Shown here: positions 19,028 to 29,156 of the stretch, piece by piece
How the letters are laid out: every line of letters begins with the position of its first letter
Numbering within the stretch: the first letter of the stretch is position 1
Sequence record: MK250016.1
DNA: 32,000 nucleotides
Direction: 5' to 3' (one strand)
DNA from: Prevotella phage Lak-A1
Notes under the pieces: generated by a model
What the model saw: only the letters and a program-made list of their open reading frames with translations
The model's database searches: none
What the model was told of the DNA's origin: nothing
Position numbers and translations under genes: made by a program

Positions 19028-19840
19028 ATGAAATTTAAAAATTTAGAAGATAGGATGTTATACCTAAGAAGTTTAACAGACTATAAACTTATTCCAAATG
19101 ATTATGTTTTAATTATGCTTGATGGCAGATCTTTTTCATCTACAATTAAACGGTATTTCAAAAAACCATTTGATGATACATTTATTAATATTATGAATGA
19201 AACTGCATTATATTTGTGTAATAATGTACAAGGTTGTAAATTTGCATATGTACAATCTGATGAAATTTCATTAATATTAACAGATTTTGAAACACCAGAA
19301 ACAGACTCATTTTTTGGATATAGATTAGAAAAAATTTTATCATTATGTGCATCTATTGCAACATCTAAATTTAATCAATTAATGACAATTGAAGCGATTA
19401 ATCGTTGTAATAAAGACACATATAATAAAGATGAAATTTTCAATTTAATTATGGATATGAAATTGCATCAGTTTGATTGTAAAGCATGGAATGTTTCATC
19501 ATATAATGATATATTTGCATGGCTACAATATCGTCAAAATGATTGTGAACGAAATAGTAAACAACAAACAGCAAGAGCATATCTATCTCATAAAGAATGT
19601 ACAGGTAAACAAGCAGATGAACAAATTTCAGTACTAAAAGATAAGTATAATATTGATTGGAATGATTTTGATGATGGGAAAAAATATGGACGCTTCATTT
19701 ATAAAGAGGAAGTTCATATGAAATCAGAGCAGTTTGGAGAGTTTATCAGAGATAAATTTGTAGTTCACAATGCATGGTTACTGCGTGATGAAAATGGTAA
19801 GAAAAACTTCGAAAAACTATCAAAAATTCCACAAAAATGA
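19028..19840 (+). CDS. Thg1-like protein (3'-5' RNA polymerase / tRNA-His guanylyltransferase superfamily)
   Basis: MKFKNLEDRMLYLRSLTDYKLIPNDYVLIMLDGRSFSSTIKRYFKKPFDDTF...KFAYVQSDEISLILTDF...YRLEKILSLCASIATSKFN; start revised from 18998, which lies inside the upstream terminator stem. Confidence 0.85.
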   Translation: MKFKNLEDRMLYLRSLTDYKLIPNDYVLIMLDGRSFSSTIKRYFKKPFDDTFINIMNETALYLCNNVQGCKFAYVQSDEISLILTDFETPETDSFFGYRLEKILSLCASIATSKFNQLMTIEAINRCNKDTYNKDEIFNLIMDMKLHQFDCKAWNVSSYNDIFAWLQYRQNDCERNSKQQTARAYLSHKECTGKQADEQISVLKDKYNIDWNDFDDGKKYGRFIYKEEVHMKSEQFGEFIRDKFVVHNAWLLRDENGKKNFEKLSKIPQK

Positions 19841-19843
19841 TTT

Positions 19844-19903
19844 AAAAATTGAGAAATTTTTAACTTTTGATAAAAGATATATAAAATTTCTCAATTTTTT
19901 AAT
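19844..19903 (+). terminator. Terminator-like long hairpin with nested stem
   Basis: 17-bp perfect stem AAAAATTGAGAAATTTT (19844-19860) / AAAATTTCTCAATTTTT (19883-19899) enclosing CTTTT-GAT-AAAAG (19864-19876). Confidence 0.75.
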
Positions 19904-19963
19904 TGTTAATAAACTTTAATACTTTTATCTACTATAAATTAAAACAAATATAAGAATTCGTCT

Positions 19964-21460
19964 ATGAATAATACGTATCTTGAAAACGTTATATTCTTTT
20001 ATATAATTAAAAATTTAAATCTTGTTTAGTCATTTAAAGGAAGTTATTTTACTAATCCTTATTTAAAAACTTTATTTGATATTATTAAACCACATATATT
20101 GGAATATAGAGCTGAACCAACTGAACAGCAATCTATAGATTTAGTAAAACTTGCAAATAAAGAAGATAAGGTAACAGAAGATCAAATACATGCTTTATGG
20201 CAAACAAGAGATATGGTTAGCCAATATACAGATGAATGGTTAAATCAGAATACATAGGCATTTGGTGAATGGCAAAACCTTATGAGTGGTCTTAGACGTG
20301 TTATTGAATATGTAAAAACTATTCAAGCTGATGTTACATTTGAAAATTGTGCAGAGATTGTTCAGCATGCGAAATCAATGTTTCAATCAGATACTAATTT
20401 TACATTGAACAATTCAAAAGGGCATGATTTCTTTGATCCTGTTAATCATAAGCAAACTGAACTTGAAACTAGAAAGACTGGTTATAATTTTGTTGATCAG
20501 TGTTTGAAAGGTGGTTGGGCGAATAAAACATTAAATGTATTTATGGGTTCACCAAAAGTAGGTAAGTCTATGTGGCTTTGTAATTTATGTGCTAATTCTG
20601 TAAGAAATGGAGAGAATTCTGCATATATTACATTGGAGATGGCGTATCAGCTTGTTGCACAACGTATCGGTTCAAATCTTTTTAATATTCCTATCGAAGA
20701 ATATGAAAAAAGTGCTGCAGATGCAAATTTTATGCAACAGAAGATGAAAGAATTTTATATGAATTCACTTATCACGCCAGGTAAGTTTATCATAGAAGAA
20801 TTCCCAACATCATCTGCAACTGTATATGATATAGAATCTTTCTTACTTAAATTAGAGGAAGAACTTTCTACTGAAGCAAAACCTTTTAAATTTAAGAACA
20901 TTTTCATTGATTATGTTAATATCATGAAAGATGCGAAGAATCCTAATTCAGAAAGTACATATTTAAAAATTAAATCTATTTGTGAAGATGTTCGTGCGAT
21001 GGCACAAAGAAATAACTGGTGTGTTATTTCTTTAACTCAGACAAATAGAACTGCATATGATTCAACTGATATTGGTATGAGTAATGTTTCTGAATCTGGT
21101 GGTTTGATTGCAACAGTTGATAGTTTATTCGGTATTATTCAATCTTCAATGATGCGTGTTGATAATACATATTATTTAAAAGCTGTTGCTATTCGAAATT
21201 CTGGACATATGGGAGATAAAAAGAAATTTGATTTTAATCCAACATATTTAAGAATTGAAGAAAATCTTGATGAAAATATTATTCCTGAAAATGTATCACT
21301 TGATGGTTTAGTAAAAGATAAACATAAGAATGATAATACAGGAAATAATAATTATCAGCAATATCCTATAAATGTTGGAGTTCGTCCAAATGTAATAGAA
21401 TCACCTCAATTAGGATTAACAGAAACACAAATACAGGCACAAGATTTATTTAGCATGTAA
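19964..21460 (+). CDS. Replicative DnaB/T4 gp41-like helicase; two in-frame TAGs in the N-terminal domain
   Basis: MNNTYLENVIFFYIIKNLNLV[TAG]SFKGSYFTNPYLKTLFD...WLNQNT[TAG]AFGEWQNLMSGLRR; Walker A FMGSPKVGKS, FIDYVNIM (Walker B), VISLTQTNR. Confidence 0.88.
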
Positions 21461-21526
21461 TAAACATTTTTTAATTTTTATTATATAATTAATATACTAA
21501 AAATATCAAACATTATAAAAAGCAAT

Positions 21527-22018
21527 ATGGCAAGAATTAATACTACAAAGATGCTTAGTAATGATGGGTATTTTTCAAGTAATGACTATAATCCTGATCT
21601 TTCTAATCAAACAATGACTGTATCACCTCTTGTGGCAGATTAGTATGACTACGCTATGACTGATGATATAGTCTTGTTACATGAAAGAAAAGATACAGAA
21701 GAAATATTATATAACATATGGATTAATTCACCATATGCTAAACAATATGAGGTAAATTCTTCTACTTTTGTCATACCAAAGATACCTAAAGAAGAAACAA
21801 GTAAAATCTTTTATTACATGAAAAATAAGCTTGCAGAAGTAAAAACGTTATCTGCATATGAAATGGTAATCGCTATAAATGAATTCTTTAATTTTAATTA
21901 TGATTATGTGGTAAAGAAAGTATTATCACCTAAACTTAAAGCAGAGATATTAGCAGATTATTATAACAATGGAATGAAGGAACGAATGGATACTAATGCA
22001 TCTGTGAAATTATTTTAA
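21527..22018 (+). CDS. Hypothetical protein (163 aa); one in-frame TAG
   Basis: MARINTTKMLSNDGYFSSNDYNPDLSNQTMTVSPLVAD[TAG]YDYAMTDDIVLLHERKD...; joins ORF 21656..22018 in frame. Confidence 0.65.
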
Positions 22019-22043
22019 TATATTATTAATATAACACTATTAT

Positions 22044-22298
22044 ATGAATACAGAACTATTAGAAAAACTTAATAAATTACATGAACAAATTCAAACGACA
22101 AAAGGTCAAATTGAATCATGTAAAACATTAAAGCATTATCGTAATATAAGATGGATTATGAGAGGATATGATCATGATTATATCAATATGGTATTAAGTG
22201 ATGAAGAAATGCGATTAATGGAAGATTTTCTTGATAAATTGATATACAAGAAGGAAAAAGAATTAAATGTTCTTAAAGAACAATTTTCTAAATATTAA
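22044..22298 (+). CDS. Hypothetical coiled-coil protein (84 aa)
   Basis: Charged heptad-rich ORF MNTELLEKLNKLHEQIQTTKGQIESCK... Confidence 0.6.
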   Translation: MNTELLEKLNKLHEQIQTTKGQIESCKTLKHYRNIRWIMRGYDHDYINMVLSDEEMRLMEDFLDKLIYKKEKELNVLKEQFSKY

Positions 22299-22409
22299 TA
22301 ATTTTTGTTTATTTTTATAAAATAAACTGGTGAAACGTGATATTAAAGTGGAGATTCGAACTAAGATGACATCAGAAAAATTAATAGTTTAATTTAACAG
22401 AAGTTTATT

Positions 22410-23948
22410 ATGAGATTTATTAAGTCAAAGGAAAGCGAATTACATCCTAATTATGTATCAAGAGTAATTCGTATTAAGGACGAGGATTTTTCTCCACACC
22501 CTCATCCAGATGTAACAAAGTTAAAGTGCTGCAGAATTGGTGGAGATACTATATATAATGTTATTGTAAGTATAGATTCAAAACCTGGAAAGTATGTATT
22601 TTTCCCTGCAAGTACAAAGATCAATCCTGAATTTTTACGATATGCTAACTTATATCGTGATCCTGAAATGAATAGTAATCCAAATAAGACAGGATTTTTT
22701 GAAGAGAATGGTAGAGTAAAGTCACTTAAATTAAAAGCATCCTACGAAAAAACAGATCCGTCAACCGGAGTAAAGGAAAATATATTTTTACCTAATGGAG
22801 TTTCAGATGGATTCTTGATTGAATTACAAGTTGTTCTAAATTTTATATTAGATACGTTTAATATAGAAGTAAATGAAAATGATATACCAGACAATACATG
22901 GTTTGATACTATTGAACATGAAGGGAAGGTTTGCTGGTTATCTAAGAAGTTTATTCCTAAAGTATTTACAGCAAAGAATAAAACTGGTGGTGATCAATCA
23001 AGATATAAGAGACGCTAGAAGAAATTAAAGAGGTTTAATAGAGTTATACCTGAACAGTTTAGATTTCATTATGATTCAACATTGGTAAAGAAGGTACCAT
23101 TTGTTGTACAACCTACTGATTATATTCATATTTCGGGTAAAATGCATGGTTCATCGGTAATTTTTTCTTACGTTTTATGTAAGCAACAGTTAAATTGGAA
23201 GCAGAAAATTGCAAAGTATTTAACTGGTTATGAATTTAATAAGTATGATTACTTATATGCATCTAGAACTGTTATTAAGAATCAATATATCATGAAAGAA
23301 GCAGGAAAAACCGGTAATGTTTATCATGTTGGTTTTTATGGATGTGATATATGGGGCGAAGCATTTAAAATTGTTAAACCACATCTTATTAAGGGAATGT
23401 CAGTTTATGCAGAAATTGTAGGATATACATCAACTAATAAGTATATACAAAAAGATTATGACTATGAATGTGTTCCATTGAAGGATGGTGAAGATTATAC
23501 ATATGGAAAGCATTTTAAGATTTATGTATATCGTGTAACATTAACAAATGTCGATGGTGAAGTACATGAATTTTCACCAAGAGAAGTTCAAATATGGTGT
23601 AAGAATAATGATCTTATTGCAGTTCCAGAATATTATTATGGTAAAGCAAAAGATTTGTATCCAGACATTGATATAACAAATCATTGGCATGAAAATTTCT
23701 GGAATCGTATGGCATCTGATAAAAATTTCTATATGGAAATGGATTCACCTGATTGTATAAATAAGGTTCCACATGAAGGTGTTGTTATTAAGATAGATGA
23801 TATGATTCCTCGCGCATTCAAATTAAAGAGTTACCGCTTTTGCAATAAGGAAGAGAAAGAGTTAGATGCTGGTATAACAAATATTGAAGATGCACAATCT
23901 GAAAATATTGATAATGATGATTCAAATAGTTATATTGATGAACAATAA
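22410..23948 (+). CDS. RNA ligase, DRB0094-like (OB-like N-terminal domain plus nucleotidyltransferase domain); one in-frame TAG
   Basis: ORFs 22410..23018 and 23082..23948 share one frame across TAG (KRR[TAG]KKLKRF). N-term VSRVIRIKDEDFSPHPHPDVTKLKCCRIG...; ligase motifs HISGKMHGSSVIFSYVL (motif I), YLYASRTVIKN, EGVVIKID (motif IV), AFKLKS (motif V). Confidence 0.85.
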
Positions 23949-23953
23949 TTAAT

Positions 23954-23998
23954 AAATGATGATATTATATTGGAAAAATATGGTATCATCATTTTTTT
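23954..23998 (+). terminator. Intrinsic terminator
   Basis: 11-bp stem AAATGATGATA (23954-23964) / TATCATCATTT (23984-23994), then TTTT. Confidence 0.7.
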
Positions 23999-24015
23999 GT
24001 TTTAAAAAATATGTG

Positions 24016-24023
24016 TATCTTTG
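24016..24023 (+). promoter_or_regulatory. Bacteroidetes-like -7 promoter element
   Basis: Same GTGTATCTTTGT string as at 13643-13653, 36 nt upstream of ATG 24057 and just after a terminator; TTTG/TTTT tracts at 23992-23999. Confidence 0.45.
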
Positions 24024-24056
24024 TGATATAATAATTCAATTATAAAAATAAGAAAT

Positions 24057-24317
24057 ATGAATACAACATTAATAGAAATGATTAAAAACGAATATAAGAA
24101 TCGTTTTAATAAAGAATTGACAGATAATGATACATTAAATACATTAGCTGCAGAAGCATCATATATTCAGCAGGAAACATCTGATCTTATTGTTGATAAG
24201 GATGAGTTCATAAAGTTTTCTGTAATGTATGCATTTGATCGTGTATTTAATACTAATACTTGTATGGATTTTCTTCCTTTTGATAATACTATTCTTGATG
24301 ATGATCTTCCTTTTTAA
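24057..24317 (+). CDS. Hypothetical protein (86 aa)
   Basis: ORF downstream of the promoter-like motif. Confidence 0.6.
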   Translation: MNTTLIEMIKNEYKNRFNKELTDNDTLNTLAAEASYIQQETSDLIVDKDEFIKFSVMYAFDRVFNTNTCMDFLPFDNTILDDDLPF

Positions 24318-24345
24318 CTGATTGTTTAATAATTAATATATAAAA

Positions 24346-24648
24346 ATGAGTAATATTAAATTTTTCCCTATGGACCATCCAGATTTTTGGAGTCGTCCAC
24401 AATATTTGAAGACCGGCTATACATTTCGTAATGGTGGTGGTGAAGGTGATATTGTATTTACATTATTGGAAGATTTCGATGAAGAGAAATGTAATGATAT
24501 AAAAGTATTGTGCCATAATATTCGTACTGGGTTTACACATACAGAAACATGGGATGATACACAGTATTTAGAAGCATCATTTCGTAATGGTGAATATTTT
24601 CATTATAATAAAAAGTGCGATTGGTTAACAGAATATTATAAAAATTAA
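24346..24648 (+). CDS. Hypothetical protein (100 aa)
   Basis: Clean ORF between neighbours. Confidence 0.6.
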   Translation: MSNIKFFPMDHPDFWSRPQYLKTGYTFRNGGGEGDIVFTLLEDFDEEKCNDIKVLCHNIRTGFTHTETWDDTQYLEASFRNGEYFHYNKKCDWLTEYYKN

Positions 24649-24655
24649 AAATAGA

Positions 24656-25699
24656 ATGGAAACAATTATAATTTATATGCTGATAGCTATTATTATATCA
24701 GCTATTTGTTCTTTGTGTGAAGCTTGTTTGTCTTCAACACCAATGTCGTTTGTATCAACACTTAAGGGGAAATCAGGCGCTGATATTTTGCGAAATTTTA
24801 AAGAGAATATGGATAAACCTTTATCTGCTATTCTTATTATTAATACAATCGCAAATACAGTAGGTGCATCTATTGTTGGTTCTGCTGCTGCTTCTTATGC
24901 TGTTGAGCAAGGTATAGATGGTGCAACATTTATTGGTATTATATCTGCAATATTTACTGTTCTAATTCTTATGTTTGCAGAAATATTACCAAAAACTATT
25001 GGTGCAAATTATTGGAAATCACTTACATTGTATGTAACTCGTGTAATTAATGTAATGATTTATATTACATATCCATTAGTAAAATGTTTGAATTTTATTA
25101 CACGTCTTATGAGTAATGAAAATGCTGTTTCAATTTCACGAGAAGAAATTATAGCGATGACTGATGAAGGCGCAAAAGAAGGTGTTATTGATAAGAAGGA
25201 AAATATGATTATTCAACGTATATTGAAACTTAATCAATATAAAGCAGAAGATATTATGACACCTGCAAGTGTTGTATATTCAGTTGCAGATTATGCAAAT
25301 CTTTCTAAGAATAGTAATTTGTATGAGAGCCTTACGGATGGTAGTACATTTTCTCGTATTCCTGTAATGAATAAAAGCAATTATTGTGTTGGATATATTC
25401 TTAAAGATGAGTTGGATTTGAATGATACAGATAATGTAAAGATTTCTGATATTACTCATTCTATTCATAATTATATTGATTCTACAGATGTCGCAGATAT
25501 ATTTAATGATATGGTAAAGAATCATGAACATATTTCTGCAATTACAGATGAGTATGGAACATTTAGAGGTATTGTAACATTAGAAGATGTTATTGAAACA
25601 ATTTTGAATATTGAAATTGTTGATGAAACAGATGATGTTCAGGATATGCAGGAATATGCAAAGGAGCAGTATCATGAAGTAATGAAGGATAACATTTAA
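24656..25699 (+). CDS. CNNM/CorC (HlyC/TlyC)-like membrane protein with CBS pair
   Basis: N-terminal hydrophobic DUF21-like region (IIISAICSLCEACLSSTPMSFV) and CBS region with HEHISAITDEYGTFRGIVTLEDVIETILNIEIVDETDD. Confidence 0.85.
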   Translation: METIIIYMLIAIIISAICSLCEACLSSTPMSFVSTLKGKSGADILRNFKENMDKPLSAILIINTIANTVGASIVGSAAASYAVEQGIDGATFIGIISAIFTVLILMFAEILPKTIGANYWKSLTLYVTRVINVMIYITYPLVKCLNFITRLMSNENAVSISREEIIAMTDEGAKEGVIDKKENMIIQRILKLNQYKAEDIMTPASVVYSVADYANLSKNSNLYESLTDGSTFSRIPVMNKSNYCVGYILKDELDLNDTDNVKISDITHSIHNYIDSTDVADIFNDMVKNHEHISAITDEYGTFRGIVTLEDVIETILNIEIVDETDDVQDMQEYAKEQYHEVMKDNI

Positions 25700-25748
25700 T
25701 ATAAACAAATAGTTACCTAACGAATATAATATAAAAATAATTTTATAT

Positions 25749-26552
25749 ATGAGTAATATTTTAATTATTCCCGATATACACGGACGTACATTTTGGAAAG
25801 AATGTATTAAGTGTTGTGAATATGATGAAATTATATTCTTAGGTGACTATTTGGATCCATATAGTTTTGAAGGAATATCAAAGCAAGAAGCATTAGATAA
25901 TTTTAAAGAAATTTTAAAATTTAAATCTGATAATTATGATAAAGTAACTTTATTATTGGGTAATCATGATATGGAATATATTTCATATAATTTACCACGG
26001 GATCGTTATGATAGTAAAAACGGGAAAGAAATAAGACGATTATTTTTGGATAATATTGATATGTTTAATCTTGTAACATATCGATATATTAAAAATAAAT
26101 TTATATCATTTAGTCATTCAGTAATTGGTCAATGTTGGATTAATGATATTAAAAATATAGATAATAAGATTAATAGTATGAATATTATTGATTTTATTAC
26201 ATACCTTAATGATTTAGTTAAATCTGGTGATGAAAGAAAAATGGGAAATATTTTGAATCATATAGGATATTCAAGATGTGGATATGATCCATATGGTTCT
26301 GTTATATGGGCTGATGTAAATGAAGCATTAGAATTTTGTTGGGAAGATAAAGAGAAAGTTAATAAACCAAAAGATATTGATTATCAAATTTTTAGTCATA
26401 CTCAACAAAGTGAATTGCCTATTATAACTAAATATTATGCATGCTTGGATTGCAGAGCAGGATTTTTACTTAATTCAGAAGGTATACTTAGGAATATTAC
26501 TAATAATGAAAAAGAATTTACTATTTCATTTAATTTAATTGATAATGATTGA
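25749..26552 (+). CDS. Calcineurin-like metallophosphoesterase
   Basis: IIPDIHGR, IIFLGDYLDP, LLLGNHDMEYIS, FISFSHSVIGQCW: the canonical D-H / GDxxD / GNHD / H pattern. Confidence 0.85.
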   Translation: MSNILIIPDIHGRTFWKECIKCCEYDEIIFLGDYLDPYSFEGISKQEALDNFKEILKFKSDNYDKVTLLLGNHDMEYISYNLPRDRYDSKNGKEIRRLFLDNIDMFNLVTYRYIKNKFISFSHSVIGQCWINDIKNIDNKINSMNIIDFITYLNDLVKSGDERKMGNILNHIGYSRCGYDPYGSVIWADVNEALEFCWEDKEKVNKPKDIDYQIFSHTQQSELPIITKYYACLDCRAGFLLNSEGILRNITNNEKEFTISFNLIDND

Positions 26553-26994
26553 TTATAGTGTTAATTATAGACGATATTGGTGGCATAAACGTTATGCAAT
26601 TGTTTTTGTTACTAAATTAAGCACAATTACTTGCACAGGTACTAAATATACTGAAGACTATGAAGAAGGGTTTCAAACTAATAGTGTTAATGTATATAAA
26701 GAATATTTAAAAACGTTATTAGATAAAAATCTAAAATGTTGTGTTATTGATAGAAAATACAAAAAGCTTCTATTTAATAATATTAATAATGAATCAGATA
26801 ATTATAATACATATTCTGATTATTGTATATTGGAAAAATATATTGGTGACAATAAAACAATTATAGATTTTATGGAATTTAATTATAGTACTAATATATA
26901 TTCAACATTATTAAATAGAGATAAAAATGATATGTATTTTCTAGCTAACATAAAATATAAGGAATACTTAAATAAAGTATGGAATAAACATTAA
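26545..26994 (+). CDS. Hypothetical protein
   Basis: ORF-track start 26539 is TTG; ATG at 26545 (MIDYSVNYRRYW...) overlaps the upstream stop. Confidence 0.55.
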   Translation: MIDYSVNYRRYWWHKRYAIVFVTKLSTITCTGTKYTEDYEEGFQTNSVNVYKEYLKTLLDKNLKCCVIDRKYKKLLFNNINNESDNYNTYSDYCILEKYIGDNKTIIDFMEFNYSTNIYSTLLNRDKNDMYFLANIKYKEYLNKVWNKH

Positions 26995-27090
26995 AAATAT
27001 AAAAATATACAAAAATACATATTTATTTAAACTTTTTATTGTTTTAATAATATATGAATATATAACATATTAATTTTAAAGATATTATAA

Positions 27091-28212
27091 ATGGAAAATT
27101 CAAATGTAGCAATGTTTAATGATAAGGGTCAGGTAGAAACCCTTACTCAAAGTCAGTATAACTATGATCAGCGAATTGCTGTTATGTCTGCTGATGAGAA
27201 AGCAAAGTATTTACAGAAGACGGAGAAGCTGGACCGTCATGATATGACTACAGTGACTTCATATGGTAAAGAATTGAGTTCTGTTATTTCCCGTAATGGC
27301 GATAATCTTCTTAATTCTGTTCGTGGAGATAATTCGTCTGTGGTTGTACAGCTTACAAATGAACTTCTTAGTCAGCTTAATCTTATTGATATTGATGAGA
27401 TTAATACTAATACTCGATGGAAGAAATTCTGGAGAAACTTCCCTATTATTGGGAAGATGATGACTTCTGTTGAGTCTATTATGACTAAGTATGATACTAT
27501 TAAAGATAGTGTTACAAAGATTGGTGAAAAGATTGATACTGCACGTACAGTTGCATTACGTGATAATTCAACACTTAATCAGATTTTTGACGCTAATGTT
27601 TCATATATTGAGCAAATTCGTGAACTTATTCTTGCTGCAAAGATTCGTGAACAGGCAGTTAAGGATGAACTTGAAAATATGAAGGCTCATGCTAATGATT
27701 ATGAGATGTATGAGATTAATGATACACAAAATTTCGTTAATCAAATTCAGAAGAAGATTGTTGATATGGAAACAACTGAATATGTTTTGACACAGAATCT
27801 TCTTCAGATCCGTGCAACACAGCAGAATAATGTTGCAATCGCAGATAAGTCTGATAATATTGTAAATAATGTTTTGCCATTGTGGAAGAATCAGATTTCT
27901 ATCAGTATTATTATGAATAATCAGAAGAATTCTATTGAGGCACAGCAAAAGATTACTGATACAACTAATAAGATTTTGCGTGAGAATGCAAAGGCACTTC
28001 ATATGAATTCTGTTAATGTTGCTAAGGCAAGTGAAGAGTCTGTTATTAAGCTTGATACACTTAAGGACACTACACAGGAACTTATTCAGACAATTCAGGA
28101 AGTTAAGAATATTCATGATCGTGGAGCAGAAGAGCGTAAGGAATATGAATCTCATTTGCGTGAGTTTGCACGTCAACTTGAAATTTCATTAACAGATAAC
28201 GATAATAAGTAA
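27091..28212 (+). CDS. TelA-family (toxic anion resistance) protein
   Basis: 373 aa helical protein; NVLPLWKNQISISIIMNNQKNSIEAQQKITDTTNKILRENAKALHMNSVNVAKAS matches the C-terminal TelA signature. Confidence 0.82.
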   Translation: MENSNVAMFNDKGQVETLTQSQYNYDQRIAVMSADEKAKYLQKTEKLDRHDMTTVTSYGKELSSVISRNGDNLLNSVRGDNSSVVVQLTNELLSQLNLIDIDEINTNTRWKKFWRNFPIIGKMMTSVESIMTKYDTIKDSVTKIGEKIDTARTVALRDNSTLNQIFDANVSYIEQIRELILAAKIREQAVKDELENMKAHANDYEMYEINDTQNFVNQIQKKIVDMETTEYVLTQNLLQIRATQQNNVAIADKSDNIVNNVLPLWKNQISISIIMNNQKNSIEAQQKITDTTNKILRENAKALHMNSVNVAKASEESVIKLDTLKDTTQELIQTIQEVKNIHDRGAEERKEYESHLREFARQLEISLTDNDNK

Positions 28213-28217
28213 ATAGT

Positions 28218-28622
28218 ATGGGATGGTTTTTAATGGAAGCAGAACCAAAGAAAACAGAACTTACTACAAATAAGGAACAAGAGCAAGAAGCATATATTGA
28301 GCCTTCTGTTGAAGTAACAAAACAGGATGCAAAAAATAATGCTAAAGCTCTTGTAAAAAAGAAGTTTGTTGTTGGTAAGAAATATATGCTTAGACAGAAA
28401 TCTGTTTGTGGTTCTAGAGAGATTATAAAGAAATATGTATGTAAGAAATTTATTTATACAGTAAAAGATGAACTTCTTAATATACTTATTCTTAAGCAGG
28501 TAGAAGGTCCAAAAGGAACAATTTTTACATTAAACCGTAATGATTGTAAGCGTTATCATATTAAATATGAACCAGGCCTTCAAGTATTTTCTATGGAATT
28601 TAATTGGATTCCATGTAAGTAA
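28218..28622 (+). CDS. Hypothetical protein
   Basis: 134-aa ORF; alternative start at MEAEPKK (28233). Confidence 0.55.
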   Translation: MGWFLMEAEPKKTELTTNKEQEQEAYIEPSVEVTKQDAKNNAKALVKKKFVVGKKYMLRQKSVCGSREIIKKYVCKKFIYTVKDELLNILILKQVEGPKGTIFTLNRNDCKRYHIKYEPGLQVFSMEFNWIPCK

Positions 28623-28715
28623 AAAAATAAATTGAAATAATATAGACTTTATTTAAATTATAGAGTAATATATTTACAATTAAGTTAATCAAATAACAAA
28701 TAAAGAAAATAATTT

Positions 28716-29156
28716 ATGTCAAAAAATAAATTTATTAAGCTTCATTCAAAAGAAGATAATAGTGTTATTATTGCAAGAATTTCAAAGATTAGTCTTGTAA
28801 CTACAGATAATGATTATTCTGGTAAAATGACAACTGTATATTTTGATGATGAAAATATTGATTCAATTACAGTTAATGAAACACCAGAGAAGATTTATCA
28901 AAATATTGTAGAGTTGGATAATACAGATTTTTTGAAACTTCATTCAAGTGATGATAATGCAGTTATGATTGTAAACACAGAGATTATTTCTGTTATTTCA
29001 CAATCAGAAGAGGATGGAAAGAATGTAACTACAATGTATTTCAATAATGAATCTATTGAATCAGCTTCATTTAATGAATCTCCTGAACGTATTTATAAGA
29101 TGATGGAGATTACTAATAATGATGTGGTTACATCAGATAATAATGAAACTAAGTAA
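28716..29156 (+). CDS. Hypothetical protein made of two tandem copies of a ~60-aa domain
   Basis: FIKLHSKEDNSVIIARISKISLVTTD...MTTVYFDDENIDSITVNETPEKIYQN vs FLKLHSSDDNAVMIVNTEIISVISQS...VTTMYFNNESIESASFNESPERIYKM. Confidence 0.7.
   Translation: MSKNKFIKLHSKEDNSVIIARISKISLVTTDNDYSGKMTTVYFDDENIDSITVNETPEKIYQNIVELDNTDFLKLHSSDDNAVMIVNTEIISVISQSEEDGKNVTTMYFNNESIESASFNESPERIYKMMEITNNDVVTSDNNETK

Noticed and set aside
22330-22392. GTG-start 20-codon ORF VKRDIKVEIRTKMTSEKLIV*
   Set aside because: Too short, with no support beyond an open frame; the sequence GTGGAGATTCGAACT was also considered as a tRNA T-arm but no cloverleaf could be built.
27491-28176. ORFs 27491..27682 (+) and 27601..28176 (-)
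   Set aside because: Nested in the TelA-like gene; composition-driven open frames.
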